Origin: Eubacteriales bacterium
Lineage (GTDB): Bacteria; Bacillota; Clostridia; Oscillospirales; CAG-272
Length of the DNA stretch: 64,000 nt
Assembly: GCA_045659245.1 (NCBI GenBank)
Contig: JAZOWN010000037.1
Coordinates: 10,655-74,654 of the forward strand
Direction: 5' to 3'
In this document: positions 20,346 through 30,229 of the stretch, piece after piece
Layout: every line of letters begins with the position of its first letter
Position numbering within the stretch: the stretch's first letter is position 1
Made by a program: the position numbers and the translations under genes
The notes under the pieces: generated by a model
The model's database searches: none
What the model saw: the letters and a program-made list of their open reading frames with translations, nothing else
What the model was told of the DNA's origin: nothing

Positions 20346-21260
20346 CTATTTCTTTTGATCCCAGCCGGGGCGATATATAGGATGTACTCCCGTAATGCCC
20401 CTCTTGGCATCTCTTATTGCGGTGTTTATTATCTTTATTTTAAAAGGATTCATTGAACGAATGGCAGTAAATCTTCTCAAGGCCGCTCTGCGGAATGCGG
20501 CGAACGCACCAAAATGCTCGCGATACATTATAAGTGCGTTTCTCGTAGCGTAGTAGTCGCGCCAGCTTGCCGTACGGGAGTAAGGATTATTATCAGCATG
20601 ACGGAGCACGGCAGAGGGAATACAGAGGATTTTTCCGTGCTTGCCGAGTCGCAGAGCGTGCTCAAAGTCATCGCTGTAAATGAAGAACTCCTTTCTCGGT
20701 AGTCCCGCCTTTTTTAGCGCCGAGCTTCGTATACAGGCTCCGATGTATGAGAAAAAGTCGACTTCAAAAAAGTCCTTTTCGTATTCTTCGGGATCAACGG
20801 GCTTGTCGAGCATGCCGACAATGCTTTTTTTATTTATTCTTGCTCGGTGACCGACTGCAAAATGTCCACCTGCATCTACCGCGCAGCAAAGAGCCGCACA
20901 TTCTGCGACAAGCTCTTGGTGCTTTTTTGCAAAATCGGATATTATTTCAAGCGTGTCAAGTCTTGGAAAGGCATCGTCGTCGGACACGAATATCCACTCG
21001 TAATCAAGTCCCTGTGCATACTTCATGCCTGCGTAAAATCCCCCACTGCCGCCGACGTTTTCGGGCATGGAAATTACTGTGTGCATAATATCACCCCGAG
21101 AGCAAGACCACCTCTCGAGCATCTTTTTTGTGCCGTCGGTGCTGTGGTTATCAACGACTATGATCGACTTTGGCTTGTGCGTTTGATTTTCGTAGAGCGA
21201 GAGCGTTTTTTTAAGGTCCTCTTTTCTGTTGAACGTTACGAGCAAAACGCAAATATCCAT
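20346..21260 (-). CDS. GT2 glycosyltransferase (galactofuranosyltransferase-like)
   Basis: VTFNR, VDNHSTDGT, NVGGSGGF, SDDD and FFIYSDD motifs; adjacent to glf. Confidence 0.88.
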   Translation of the reverse strand: MDICVLLVTFNRKEDLKKTLSLYENQTHKPKSIIVVDNHSTDGTKKMLERWSCSRGDIMHTVISMPENVGGSGGFYAGMKYAQGLDYEWIFVSDDDAFPRLDTLEIISDFAKKHQELVAECAALCCAVDAGGHFAVGHRARINKKSIVGMLDKPVDPEEYEKDFFEVDFFSYIGACIRSSALKKAGLPRKEFFIYSDDFEHALRLGKHGKILCIPSAVLRHADNNPYSRTASWRDYYATRNALIMYREHFGAFAAFRRAALRRFTAIRSMNPFKIKIINTAIRDAKRGITGVHPIYRPGWDQKK

Positions 21261-21272
21261 AATTTCGTCTCC

Positions 21273-22964
21273 TTATTTTGCCAAATAGCGGAAGAAAAAA
21301 GTGCTCTCATAGCTTTCTGCAATAAAATTTCTGTCGAGATATAGCTCCTCGCCGACAAAGATGCGGTCAAAAGTGTACGTCGTGTCGTTGACAAGGACGA
21401 TCCTTTTGTTTTTTATGACCTCGTCGATCCCGCGCTTGAATTCAACAAACGGAGTGAGCGCGCCGACGGTGATGCACCCTATGAGCGCCCAGCAGGATAT
21501 CTTCGCCAAAAGAAGCGAGCGATTTTTACTTGCATGCGAAAATATTTTTGCTCCATGGCTATAAAGGTATTTTAAGCACAGCGCCATTAGCACGAATATT
21601 GCAGGTATTGAAGCTCTCATGCAAAAATCAGCCGCCGTGCCGATGCGCACGGTAGGGGAGAGCATTATAAGAAACAAGGTGGTGTGGAAAATTGGAGTGC
21701 GCCGATACTCACTCCATAGGGGAATGAGAAAAATGATCCCCTCAAGAAAGATCGCGAAAACGTAGTTTATGCGAATTGACGTATCGCAGATTGTCGCGAC
21801 GAGAAAGACAGCGGTCATTATAGATAATATCAGCCATTCGCCCCACGGACTTTTTTTCTTTGCAAAAGCAAAAGCGGTTATAGAGACGGCGAAAAATACA
21901 CCCGCAAGAATTATTACAGCTCCTATATCCACCTCCCGTCTTACGCTTTGAATTTCCCGTCCGACGTTTACGGGGAGGTTTGTTTTGTAGAATGCGAGAT
22001 ATATTGGGAGCAAGGTAAATACGGGAATTAAATTTTGAGGGGTTAGCACGTCGAGCCAAAAGAGCGCGCCTTTTTTTGCGCGCAGCGCCAAATACAGCTT
22101 ATAGGAGGCAAATCCGAGCATATAAACTGCAATTCCCACGCAGGGAATAGGCGCGCTTGCGGCAGAGAGTACGACGAGAAAGGCATAGCTTCTCGTGCTT
22201 TTTTCGTTTATGAAGCATGCAACGGTGAGCCACGTCATGATCGCTTGGTTGAAGACCCAAAAGAGCAGGGTAGTCATTGAGCTGAACTGATAATAGGTGG
22301 ACCACCATTCTATATGCGAGCCGATGCTTATATTTTTAAAGAAAAAGTTATATAAAGCGCCTACTATATCAAGACCGCTGAAAAGTATAAATACAGCGAG
22401 CGCTAAAAAAAGCCTTTTTTTGGTGTTTGCGTTTATAAACAGCGCCGTCAAAATAAAGGCTATCAAAATACAAAATGCAGACCAGAGCCACAGACATATA
22501 TTCCCCACGAAAAAGGCGACTTCAAGGTTGCCGTGCATTAAGAAAATCAATTTTCCTATGAGCGCGGGGGGAAGCCAAAATCCAATATAATATACGAGCG
22601 CAACGTTCTTTGAGCTGTAAATTACGGGCCACGCGTGCGAAATAAGATCACGAAAGATCGCGTTTCTCGCAGACCAGTCGTCGCTCTGATACCAAAGGTT
22701 TCCAAGTCCCCCAAAGTAGCACCATACAAAAGTTACTCCGAAAACCGCCAAGAGGCACCAAAAGGGCATGGAGAGCATTTTTTCTTCGTGAGGCGGGACA
22801 TTTTCTCTTTTTATATCACGCAATGTGAATATATAAGCGACCGCTATTAAAAGCGCGACGGGAATGCCGATATACCATCTCAGAAATCCCAACGAAAAAA
22901 TTAAGGAGGGAAGCGCTAACGCGAAAAAGGCGATTCCTTTTATTTTGCTGTACGTTATTTTCAC
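21273..22964 (-). CDS. Polytopic membrane protein (possible GT-C-type glycan modification enzyme)
   Basis: About 12 hydrophobic segments and a DWxxRNAIFxDL...YY loop; located in the glycan cluster; GTG start inferred. Confidence 0.6.
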   Translation of the reverse strand: MKITYSKIKGIAFFALALPSLIFSLGFLRWYIGIPVALLIAVAYIFTLRDIKRENVPPHEEKMLSMPFWCLLAVFGVTFVWCYFGGLGNLWYQSDDWSARNAIFRDLISHAWPVIYSSKNVALVYYIGFWLPPALIGKLIFLMHGNLEVAFFVGNICLWLWSAFCILIAFILTALFINANTKKRLFLALAVFILFSGLDIVGALYNFFFKNISIGSHIEWWSTYYQFSSMTTLLFWVFNQAIMTWLTVACFINEKSTRSYAFLVVLSAASAPIPCVGIAVYMLGFASYKLYLALRAKKGALFWLDVLTPQNLIPVFTLLPIYLAFYKTNLPVNVGREIQSVRREVDIGAVIILAGVFFAVSITAFAFAKKKSPWGEWLILSIMTAVFLVATICDTSIRINYVFAIFLEGIIFLIPLWSEYRRTPIFHTTLFLIMLSPTVRIGTAADFCMRASIPAIFVLMALCLKYLYSHGAKIFSHASKNRSLLLAKISCWALIGCITVGALTPFVEFKRGIDEVIKNKRIVLVNDTTYTFDRIFVGEELYLDRNFIAESYESTFFFRYLAK

Positions 22965-23110
22965 GCTCTCACCACCTTTAAAACAAAACGGTTGCAAAAT
23001 TTGAGTAAATATACGAGGATAGCACATATAATATGTATTATTGTTTTGCCGAGATGGCAATAATTATTCGTAAAAAGTGATCTCTGATGTTACTTTGGGA
23101 GGACGTTTTC

Positions 23111-24139
23111 TTGAAAAAGACCTTGTACGTGCTTTATACCTGTGACGAAAATTATGCTCCGTACGCGGGTATATCTATGAATTCCTTGTTTGAAAATAAC
23201 CGCGAGCTTGAGCGCATATGCGTGTATCTTGTAGTGGACGGCGTTTCCGAGAAAAACAAAAAGCGATTTTTGGAGCAAGCGAAAAAATACGAAAGGGAGC
23301 TTATATTGGTAGACGCATCTATGATAGTCGAGCGGATAAGGAGTCTTGGGATTCCGACGTACCGAGGCTCGTATACGGCAAATTGCCGTCTGTTTTTTGA
23401 ATACTTTATACGCGATGACGTAGATAGGCTTTTATATCTTGACTGCGATACCTTGGTAGTCTCCTCTCTTGGAGCGCTTAGCGAAGCTGACATGAACGGT
23501 AAGGCAGTCGGAGCTGTACGCGACTCACTAACCGACGAGTATAAGACCTTGATCGGACTTTCTGAGACGGACGACTACTTTAATTCGGGAGTGCTCCTGA
23601 TTGACGTTAAACGGTGGAAAAATCAGAATATTACTCAGATGCTCTTTGATCATGCAAAAAACGTTCGCTCGGAATTTTGCAATCCCGATCAGGATCTACT
23701 CAATATTGTTCTCAAGGATAAAAAATATATTCTCCCGCCCGAGTACAATTTCCAGCCCTCGCACAGAGTGTTTTCGGACAGAGCATATTTTGGGGCTTAT
23801 AAGCATGCCGTATATTATTCGCGCTCGGAGCTTATGAGGGCGAGGAAAAACCCAAAGATACTTCATTCTTACCGCTTTCTTGGAGATTTTCCGTGGAACA
23901 CGGGCAATTTGCATCCAGATACAGAGATATTCGATAGATTTATGAAAAATTCCTTGTGGTGTGACTACGTAAAAAAACCGTCGGGGCGAGGACTCGTTTT
24001 TGCAATCGAAAAGCTCTTGTACCGCTTTTTGCCAAGGGCGCTGTTCCTCAGAATATTCGCTATCCTGACTCTGAACTCCTTTCGCAGGCGAAACGCAGAA
24101 TTGATCGATAGCAAATTCAAAAAGCCAGGTAAAACATAG
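23111..24139 (+). CDS. GT8 glycosyltransferase
   Basis: DENY, YLDCD, YFNSGVLL and DQDLLN motifs. Confidence 0.92.
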   Translation: MKKTLYVLYTCDENYAPYAGISMNSLFENNRELERICVYLVVDGVSEKNKKRFLEQAKKYERELILVDASMIVERIRSLGIPTYRGSYTANCRLFFEYFIRDDVDRLLYLDCDTLVVSSLGALSEADMNGKAVGAVRDSLTDEYKTLIGLSETDDYFNSGVLLIDVKRWKNQNITQMLFDHAKNVRSEFCNPDQDLLNIVLKDKKYILPPEYNFQPSHRVFSDRAYFGAYKHAVYYSRSELMRARKNPKILHSYRFLGDFPWNTGNLHPDTEIFDRFMKNSLWCDYVKKPSGRGLVFAIEKLLYRFLPRALFLRIFAILTLNSFRRRNAELIDSKFKKPGKT

Positions 24140-24234
24140 GTAAAATGAGAAGAAAAAATCATTTAAGTGTTGTATTTCGGCAAAAAAAGTGATATAATTT
24201 GTATATTAAGCTTGTTAGTCTCTGGAGGAACAAA

Positions 24235-25647
24235 ATGAGAAAGACTAAAATCGTATGTACAATAGGCCCCGCGAGTGAGAGCGAAGAGGTAATGATAGGA
24301 CTTTGCCGCGCCGGAATGAACGTCGCGCGAATGAATTTCTCTCACAGCACGCACGAGGAGCATAAAAGAAGAATAGATCTTGTAAAAAAGGTGCGCAAGG
24401 ATCTGGGCTTGCCGATCGCTATAATGCTTGATACCAAGGGCCCCGAGTACCGCATTAAGACCTTTGAGAACGGCAATATATCCCTTTGCGAGGGAGAGAC
24501 GTTTACGTTTACGACCGAGGACGTAATTGGAGACACCTCGCGAGTTTCCGTAAGCTACGCGGGACTTGCAAGCGAGCTTTCCGTGGGAGACACCATTCTT
24601 CTTAACAACGGACTTCTTTCGTTCTGTGTCGAGGAGATCAAGGATGCAGATATCGTATGTAAGGTCGTCTGCGGCGGCGTTTTGTCGGACAGAAAGAGCA
24701 TGAGCTTCCCCGGTAAGGTCATGAAGCAGAAGTATCTTTCCGAGCAAGACAAGGACGATATCGCTTTCGGTGTTAAAAACGGAGTTGACTATATTGCTTG
24801 CTCCTTTGTTTCATGCAGGCAGGATATGATCGACGTTCAGGAATATCTTAAGGAGATAGGCGCTCGGGATATAGAGCTTATCGCAAAGATAGAAAACCAG
24901 TCGGGCTTTGATAATATAGAGGAGATCTGCGCTCACTGCGACGGTATTATGATCGCGCGAGGCGACATGGGCGTTGAGGTGCCCTTTGAGATGCTTCCCG
25001 CAATGCAGAAAAAGCTTATAACCAAGTGCCGACTTCTCGGCAAGCGCGTTATTACCGCGACCGAAATGTTAGAGTCTATGATATACAATCCGAGACCTAC
25101 GAGAGCGGAGATCTCCGACGTTGCGAACGCGGTATACGACGGCACGAGTGCTATAATGCTCTCTGGTGAGACGGCGGCAGGGAAATATCCGATACTTGCC
25201 GTAGAGACTATGGCGAAGATCGCGGAAACGACCGAGAAAAATATTGATTACAAGACGAGATTTTATGCATCCGAGTTTAAGATAAAGAACTCCGTGGACG
25301 CTATCTCTCACTCGTCCTGCGTTATGGCTATGGATCTTGAGGCAAAGGCGGTGGTTGCCTGCTCGCTTTCGGGAATGACGGCAAGACTCGTTTCGCGCTT
25401 TCGTCCGTCCGTGCCGATAATCGGACTTACAACCAACGAAAACACCTGGAGAAGGCTGGCTCTTTCATGGGGTGTTATTCCCGCGCTTTGCGAGCAGTTC
25501 GCATCGACGGACGTTCTCTTTTACATGGCTAAGAATATTTCGAGAGAGACGCTGTCGCTCTCGCGAGGCGATAAGATCGTAATTACGGGCGGTGATACGT
25601 CCGGTCAATCGGGCAAGACCAGCCTTATCAAGGTAGAAGAAATATAA
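24235..25647 (+). CDS. pyk: Pyruvate kinase
   Basis: RKTKIVCTIGP, LDTKGPE, MIARGD and PTRAE motifs. Confidence 0.97.
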   Translation: MRKTKIVCTIGPASESEEVMIGLCRAGMNVARMNFSHSTHEEHKRRIDLVKKVRKDLGLPIAIMLDTKGPEYRIKTFENGNISLCEGETFTFTTEDVIGDTSRVSVSYAGLASELSVGDTILLNNGLLSFCVEEIKDADIVCKVVCGGVLSDRKSMSFPGKVMKQKYLSEQDKDDIAFGVKNGVDYIACSFVSCRQDMIDVQEYLKEIGARDIELIAKIENQSGFDNIEEICAHCDGIMIARGDMGVEVPFEMLPAMQKKLITKCRLLGKRVITATEMLESMIYNPRPTRAEISDVANAVYDGTSAIMLSGETAAGKYPILAVETMAKIAETTEKNIDYKTRFYASEFKIKNSVDAISHSSCVMAMDLEAKAVVACSLSGMTARLVSRFRPSVPIIGLTTNENTWRRLALSWGVIPALCEQFASTDVLFYMAKNISRETLSLSRGDKIVITGGDTSGQSGKTSLIKVEEI

Positions 25648-25688
25648 CTTACTTTTCTTTTGGGAAAAAGAAAGGTAAGCAAAAGAAA
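25648..25688. repeat. REP-like palindromic unit (inverted copy of the 2.7-2.9 kb repeat)
   Basis: CTTACTTTTCTTTTGGGAAAAAGAAAGGTAAGCAAAAGAAA; its reverse complement matches 2849-2890 with few mismatches. Confidence 0.7.
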
Positions 25689-25701
25689 GGGGGGGAGCGA
25701 G

Positions 25702-26898
25702 ATGACCTATCCCGAAAACGTAAGAGTCATAATAGATAGGCTTGAGGCGAGTGGCGAGAGCGCCTATATCGTTGGCGGAAGTCTACGGGATATGCTTCTC
25801 GGAATTGCTCCCCACGATTACGACGTAACGACGTCGGCGCTTCCCGAAAAAACGCTCTCGGTATTCTCGGATATGAGAGTGATCGAGACGGGGATCAAGC
25901 ACGGCACGGTCACGGTAATTTCGGGTGGCGAGCCCATCGAGGTAACGACCTTCCGTGTAGACGGAGAGTATACCGATTCAAGGCGCCCCGACAGCGTAAG
26001 CTTTACGTCGAGCATAGAGGAGGATCACGCTCGCAGAGATTTTACCGTCAACGCTATGGCGTACAGCCAAAGTCGCGGACTTATAGACCCGTTTGGCGGC
26101 GCGGCTGACGTTAAGCGTGGAATTATTCGCGCGGTGGGAGAGCCGAGGGAGAGATTCGGTGAGGACGCGCTACGCATTATGCGCGCGTTTCGCTTTTCCG
26201 CCCAACTTGGCTTTGAGATAGAGAAGCGCACGCTTGAGGGCGCTGTGGAATGCGCCGCGGGACTTGGAAAAATCGCAAGGGAAAGAATAGGAGCGGAGTT
26301 TATAAAGCTCCTTACCTCTCCCCACTCTGAAAAGGCGCTTGCGCTTATGGTGGAGACGGGGGTTATAAAATATGCCGTCGGCGAGTGTGCCATCTCAGAC
26401 GACTTAATACGAATTATTCGCGAGATGCAAGCGACGGATGCGGCAAGGCTCGGTGCGCTTTTGTGCCGAAACGACGCCGACGTGGCGCGCGACGTGCTTC
26501 ACGGTCTGCGATGCTCGACAAAGCAGACGAGGGGAGCGCTTGCGGTCGCGCTCGGAGCGCATATATCAGTTCGCTCAGCGGAGGACGCGCGCAGACTGAT
26601 AGCCCGCACGGGGATCTACGCGCCGTATGCGGCAAGGCTTTCCGAAAAGCTCGGTATCTCGGATGCGGGCGCGGAGCAGCTGACGGTAAAGCAGCAGAAC
26701 ACACCGTGCACTGTGCAGCAGCTTGCCATAAACGGCAAGGTGCTTGCGGGACTTGGCGCGCGAGGAAAGAGCATAGGTAAGACGCTTGAGCTTTTGCTCG
26801 ATGCGGTTATAGAGAACCCTGAGCTTAACGAGGAGGATTCGCTCGTTATCCTTGCGAAGAAAATACTTAATGAAATGAAGGATGGGGAAAATGTTTGA
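25702..26898 (+). CDS. cca: CCA tRNA nucleotidyltransferase
   Basis: VGGSLRD, DYD, RRDFTVNA and EDALRIMR motifs. Confidence 0.92.
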   Translation: MTYPENVRVIIDRLEASGESAYIVGGSLRDMLLGIAPHDYDVTTSALPEKTLSVFSDMRVIETGIKHGTVTVISGGEPIEVTTFRVDGEYTDSRRPDSVSFTSSIEEDHARRDFTVNAMAYSQSRGLIDPFGGAADVKRGIIRAVGEPRERFGEDALRIMRAFRFSAQLGFEIEKRTLEGAVECAAGLGKIARERIGAEFIKLLTSPHSEKALALMVETGVIKYAVGECAISDDLIRIIREMQATDAARLGALLCRNDADVARDVLHGLRCSTKQTRGALAVALGAHISVRSAEDARRLIARTGIYAPYAARLSEKLGISDAGAEQLTVKQQNTPCTVQQLAINGKVLAGLGARGKSIGKTLELLLDAVIENPELNEEDSLVILAKKILNEMKDGENV

Positions 26899-27355
26899 GG
26901 TTGATGAGCTTGTCGCGGTGAAGGAGACTCAGGGAAAAATAATGGGAGTCGATTTTGGCGACGTGCGCACGGGGCTTGCCGTGTCGGACGCGTCAAGACT
27001 TATTGCGTCGGGCATAGGATACATATCCCCGGGCGGTATAGAAAAAACGGCAGATGCCGTTGCGGAGGCTGTAAAGCGTGAGGGCGCTGTGGCAGTCGTC
27101 GTCGGTATGCCCGTAAACATGGACGGGAGCCACGGCTCGCGCGCGCAGAGATGCACGAAGTTTGCCGCTCTCTTAAAGGAGCGCCTCGACGGTGTGCCGG
27201 TTGCGATGTTTGACGAGCGCATGACCACAATGACGGCATCGCGATATCTCAATGAAACGGGAACTCACGGAAAAAAGAGAAAGCAGGTTATAGATACGCT
27301 GTCCGCTCAGATAATTTTGCAAAATTGTCTTGATAGGCTTAAATATATGACTTAA
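26891..27355 (+). CDS. ruvX: Holliday junction resolvase RuvX/YqgF
   Basis: GVDFGDVRTG, VVGMP, DERMTT and IDxxSAxxIL motifs. Confidence 0.92.
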   Translation: MFEVDELVAVKETQGKIMGVDFGDVRTGLAVSDASRLIASGIGYISPGGIEKTADAVAEAVKREGAVAVVVGMPVNMDGSHGSRAQRCTKFAALLKERLDGVPVAMFDERMTTMTASRYLNETGTHGKKRKQVIDTLSAQIILQNCLDRLKYMT

Positions 27356-27368
27356 GGGAACAATAGGT

Positions 27369-27545
27369 ATGGAAAGTAAGTGCGAAAGCTGTGAATTTTA
27401 CGATTACGACGAGGAGTACGAGGAATATATCTGCAACGCGCGTCTTGACCAGGACGAGATGTCGAATTTTCTCGGTGGTAGGACAAAGGGTTGCCCGTAC
27501 TACCGATTCTACGACGAATATAAAAGCGTTCACAAGCAAATTTAA
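27369..27545 (+). CDS. Small Cys-containing conserved protein (DUF6472-like)
   Basis: Manual translation MESKCESCEFYDYDEEYEEYICNARLDQDE...CPYYRFYDEYKSVHKQI; absent from the ORF track. Confidence 0.75.
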   Translation: MESKCESCEFYDYDEEYEEYICNARLDQDEMSNFLGGRTKGCPYYRFYDEYKSVHKQI

Positions 27546-27557
27546 GGAGGCAACTTT

Positions 27558-28643
27558 ATGGGCACGGTGTTCGATTATATTGAATGGAGGGGGGATCTGC
27601 CCTTTTCTCAGGTGCCGATAGGAGAGGTCGACAATCTTATTTTTTCAATGATAGCGTATCTTGACTTCAAGAAAATGGTACACACCTCGCCAAAGGCGAA
27701 GCCTGTGTCCTTTTTGCTTGCAGCGAAGCGGTATATGCAGGCGAGAAAAAACGACCCGTCGCAGACGCTCGGGGTTTTGTTTTCTCCCGAATTTATCACG
27801 CTTATGACCAAGGCGGCAAGGTCGGTACGCTTTGGAAGCGTATATATGGTAGGCTACGTCAACAGAATATCACTGAGCGAGCAGAAGCAGTTTTGCGCCG
27901 TTACCTTTCTTATAGGAGAGGACGATGCGTTCGTCGCCTTTCGCGGTACGGACGATACCATAGTGGGCTGGAAGGAAAGCTTTAATATGAGCCTGCTCGG
28001 AAGCGTCCCCTCGCAGAGAGAGGCGGCTAAATACCTTGACAGTATAGCCGAAGCATTCCCAAACAGAAAAATCCACGTCGGCGGACACAGCAAGGGCGGA
28101 AACTTAGCCGTGTGGGCATCGGTCAAGTGCTCGGCAGAGACGAGAGAGCGTATTGTCACGGTTTACAGCAACGACGGTCCGGGATTTACAAGAGATTTCG
28201 TGTCCCTACCCGAATATAAGCAAATGAGACCGAAAATGCGTATACTTGTTCCGCAATCATCATTTGTGGGCATGGTGCTTGAGCATGCGGAGGGGCACGA
28301 CGTAATTCAAAGCACGCAAACGGGGCTTTTGCAGCACGACGCGCTTTCGTGGCGCATAGTCGGCGGTAGCTTTATACACCTTGAGGGTTTGACCGACGAA
28401 GCCAGACGAATTGAAAGAACGCTGAAAAGGTGGATGCGGGAAATGCCGCCAGACGAGAGAGAGCGGGTACTCGATTCTATTTACGAGGTGCTTTGTGCCA
28501 ACGGAAGAACGCTGACGGATTTCAGTAACGATAAGACGCGACTTATAAGAGCGTGGAATACCTTTGATCCCGAAACGCGCAAGCTTATAAGAAAATTCAT
28601 TCGCCTTGTCGTTAATAACACCAAGAAAAATAAGGTGAAATGA
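27558..28643 (+). CDS. DUF2974/Mbeg1-like alpha/beta hydrolase
   Basis: AFRGTDDT.VGWKE, GHSKGG and DGPGF motifs. Confidence 0.85.
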   Translation: MGTVFDYIEWRGDLPFSQVPIGEVDNLIFSMIAYLDFKKMVHTSPKAKPVSFLLAAKRYMQARKNDPSQTLGVLFSPEFITLMTKAARSVRFGSVYMVGYVNRISLSEQKQFCAVTFLIGEDDAFVAFRGTDDTIVGWKESFNMSLLGSVPSQREAAKYLDSIAEAFPNRKIHVGGHSKGGNLAVWASVKCSAETRERIVTVYSNDGPGFTRDFVSLPEYKQMRPKMRILVPQSSFVGMVLEHAEGHDVIQSTQTGLLQHDALSWRIVGGSFIHLEGLTDEARRIERTLKRWMREMPPDERERVLDSIYEVLCANGRTLTDFSNDKTRLIRAWNTFDPETRKLIRKFIRLVVNNTKKNKVK

Positions 28644-28660
28644 TTTAAATAGAAAAAAAA

Positions 28661-28710
28661 CCAAGCCAATGGCGTGATACTCTTAACGTAGTATCACGCC
28701 ATTGGCTTGG
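28661..28710. terminator. Long perfect hairpin / terminator
   Basis: CCAAGCCAATGGCGTGATACT pairs with AGTATCACGCCATTGGCTTGG (21-bp stem), flanked by A- and T-rich runs. Confidence 0.75.
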
Positions 28711-28795
28711 GTCTTTCTTTATAACTAAAAAAGCTTTCGACCATTACACTGTGGTGTCATTCACTACCGCGTCGCCTTCGAATCCCTCCCACACG

Positions 28796-28832
28796 AAAAA
28801 AAGACAGATGCAAATGCATCTGTCTTTTTTTT
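28796..28832 (-). terminator. Terminator downstream of tRNA-Arg
   Basis: A-run, GACAGATGCA stem, TGCATCTGTC, T-run. Confidence 0.8.
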
Positions 28833-28908
28833 GGCACGGCGTAAGGGATTCGAACCCCCGACCTTTTGGTTCGTAGCCAAACACTCTATCCAGCTGAGCT
28901 AACGCCGC
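28832..28908 (-). tRNA. tRNA-Arg (ACG)
   Basis: Reverse complement GCGGCGTTAGCTCAGCTGGATAGAGTGTTTGGCT-ACG-AACCAAAAGGTCGGGGGTTCGAATCCCTTACGCCGTGCCA folds as a cloverleaf and ends in CCA. Confidence 0.97.
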
Positions 28909-29022
28909 ATAGCACAAAGCAAACTATTGCTCGCCTCATGCGTACCCGTATATAATAACACAGTTTATTTCTTTTGTCAATACTTTTTTTATATTTTTTA
29001 GAAAAATTCGCTCTTTAAAAAA

Positions 29023-30057
29023 CTATATCCACCCCAAAATTTCGGAGGATAGGAGTACCGAGGCGTAAATCTCCTTAGGAGCAATCCGTTCCAAAAAATC
29101 GGGGGGCACGGAGCCCTCAAGCTTCAAGGCTATATCCGCGGGCGAGACCTTTTTCTTTGATTCAAGCAGGTATTTTTCAATAAGGCGAGGCTCGCGAGAG
29201 CGGCCGCCCGAAAAGCTCTCGGAGAGTGAGGACACGTCAAGGCAAAAGAAATCGAGAGAGCGCGCTCGTGGGGGATCAAGAAGCAGAATGGGTGTATCAA
29301 TACAAATTCCTTTGGGAATAAAACCGTTGAATTCTCTGTTTTCCGAGTCGAGTCGGCAGAACGCGGAATGAATAAGAGAGATGCAGTCGAGGGCGCGTTC
29401 GGGAGTTTTTATATCCGTGCAAAGCAGGGAGAATCGTCCCCACACCCCTGCTCGGTAGAGCGCCTTTACGCGAGATGAAAAAACCTCCGTATTCTCACCA
29501 AAAGGAATGCTTGCAACCAGCTTTATCCCCGTATGCTTGTCCGCTATCTCACAAAGGTATTCGTATGCGCTCTCCTCGTCGGTAAATTTCTCAAGCTCCT
29601 TGCCGATAACAAGACCGTCACAGCCCTCGGGCGCTGGCTCGGCGGTCGAGAGCACGGAGAGCTTTTTCTTTATTCCGTGAGGGAGTGAGCAGAGAAAGGA
29701 GCGGACCGTTTCTACGTCGGGGTTTACGAAAAGCTTTCCCTCGACGGGAGAAAGAATGGCGACGTCGCAGTGTGAGGGGGCGCTTGCAGGCAAGAGGGGG
29801 CAGGACAGATATATTGCGGGGAGATGACAAAACTCGGCAAGCTGTGCGGCGAAGTGTCTTTGCTCAGGAGTGAGAAATTCGGGCAAAACGATGCCGACCG
29901 CTCCGTCAAGCAATTCTGCGCACAAGTTAGAGTTTCCGTCCCATATAATAATGGCTGCGGCGTCGGCTTTTTTAGAAGAAAGACTTTTTGAGTCGAGCAG
30001 CTTGCCCGTGACGGCGTCTCTTGCGGTGCTTACTCTTTTTCCCGAGTATTCGATCAT
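29023..30057 (-). CDS. Degenerate PEP-utilising enzyme I-like protein
   Basis: RHFAAQLAEFCHLPA, LFVNPD, GICIDTP and LDFFCLD weakly parallel PtsI segments SHTAILARSLGIPA, VxxNP, GxMxExP and VDFFSIGTND. Confidence 0.55.
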   Translation of the reverse strand: MIEYSGKRVSTARDAVTGKLLDSKSLSSKKADAAAIIIWDGNSNLCAELLDGAVGIVLPEFLTPEQRHFAAQLAEFCHLPAIYLSCPLLPASAPSHCDVAILSPVEGKLFVNPDVETVRSFLCSLPHGIKKKLSVLSTAEPAPEGCDGLVIGKELEKFTDEESAYEYLCEIADKHTGIKLVASIPFGENTEVFSSRVKALYRAGVWGRFSLLCTDIKTPERALDCISLIHSAFCRLDSENREFNGFIPKGICIDTPILLLDPPRARSLDFFCLDVSSLSESFSGGRSREPRLIEKYLLESKKKVSPADIALKLEGSVPPDFLERIAPKEIYASVLLSSEILGWI

Positions 30058-30229
30058 AAAACTATCCTCCAATGGGCTTTAAAGCATAGTTTGGTACGAT
30101 CCGGAGCTGTTTATTCGTCGGGTATGATTTCTTTTCACATATGATAAAAACTCAAAAATCCTATTGATTTTAAAAAAGAACTGTGGTATAATCTATAATA
30201 GTATAATATGGCTAAAATAGGAGAGCAAA

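Noticed and set aside
28832-28908. tRNA-Arg as the prophage integration site
   Set aside because: It is 7 kb from the integrase with host genes in between; the junction is in the ATPase gene.
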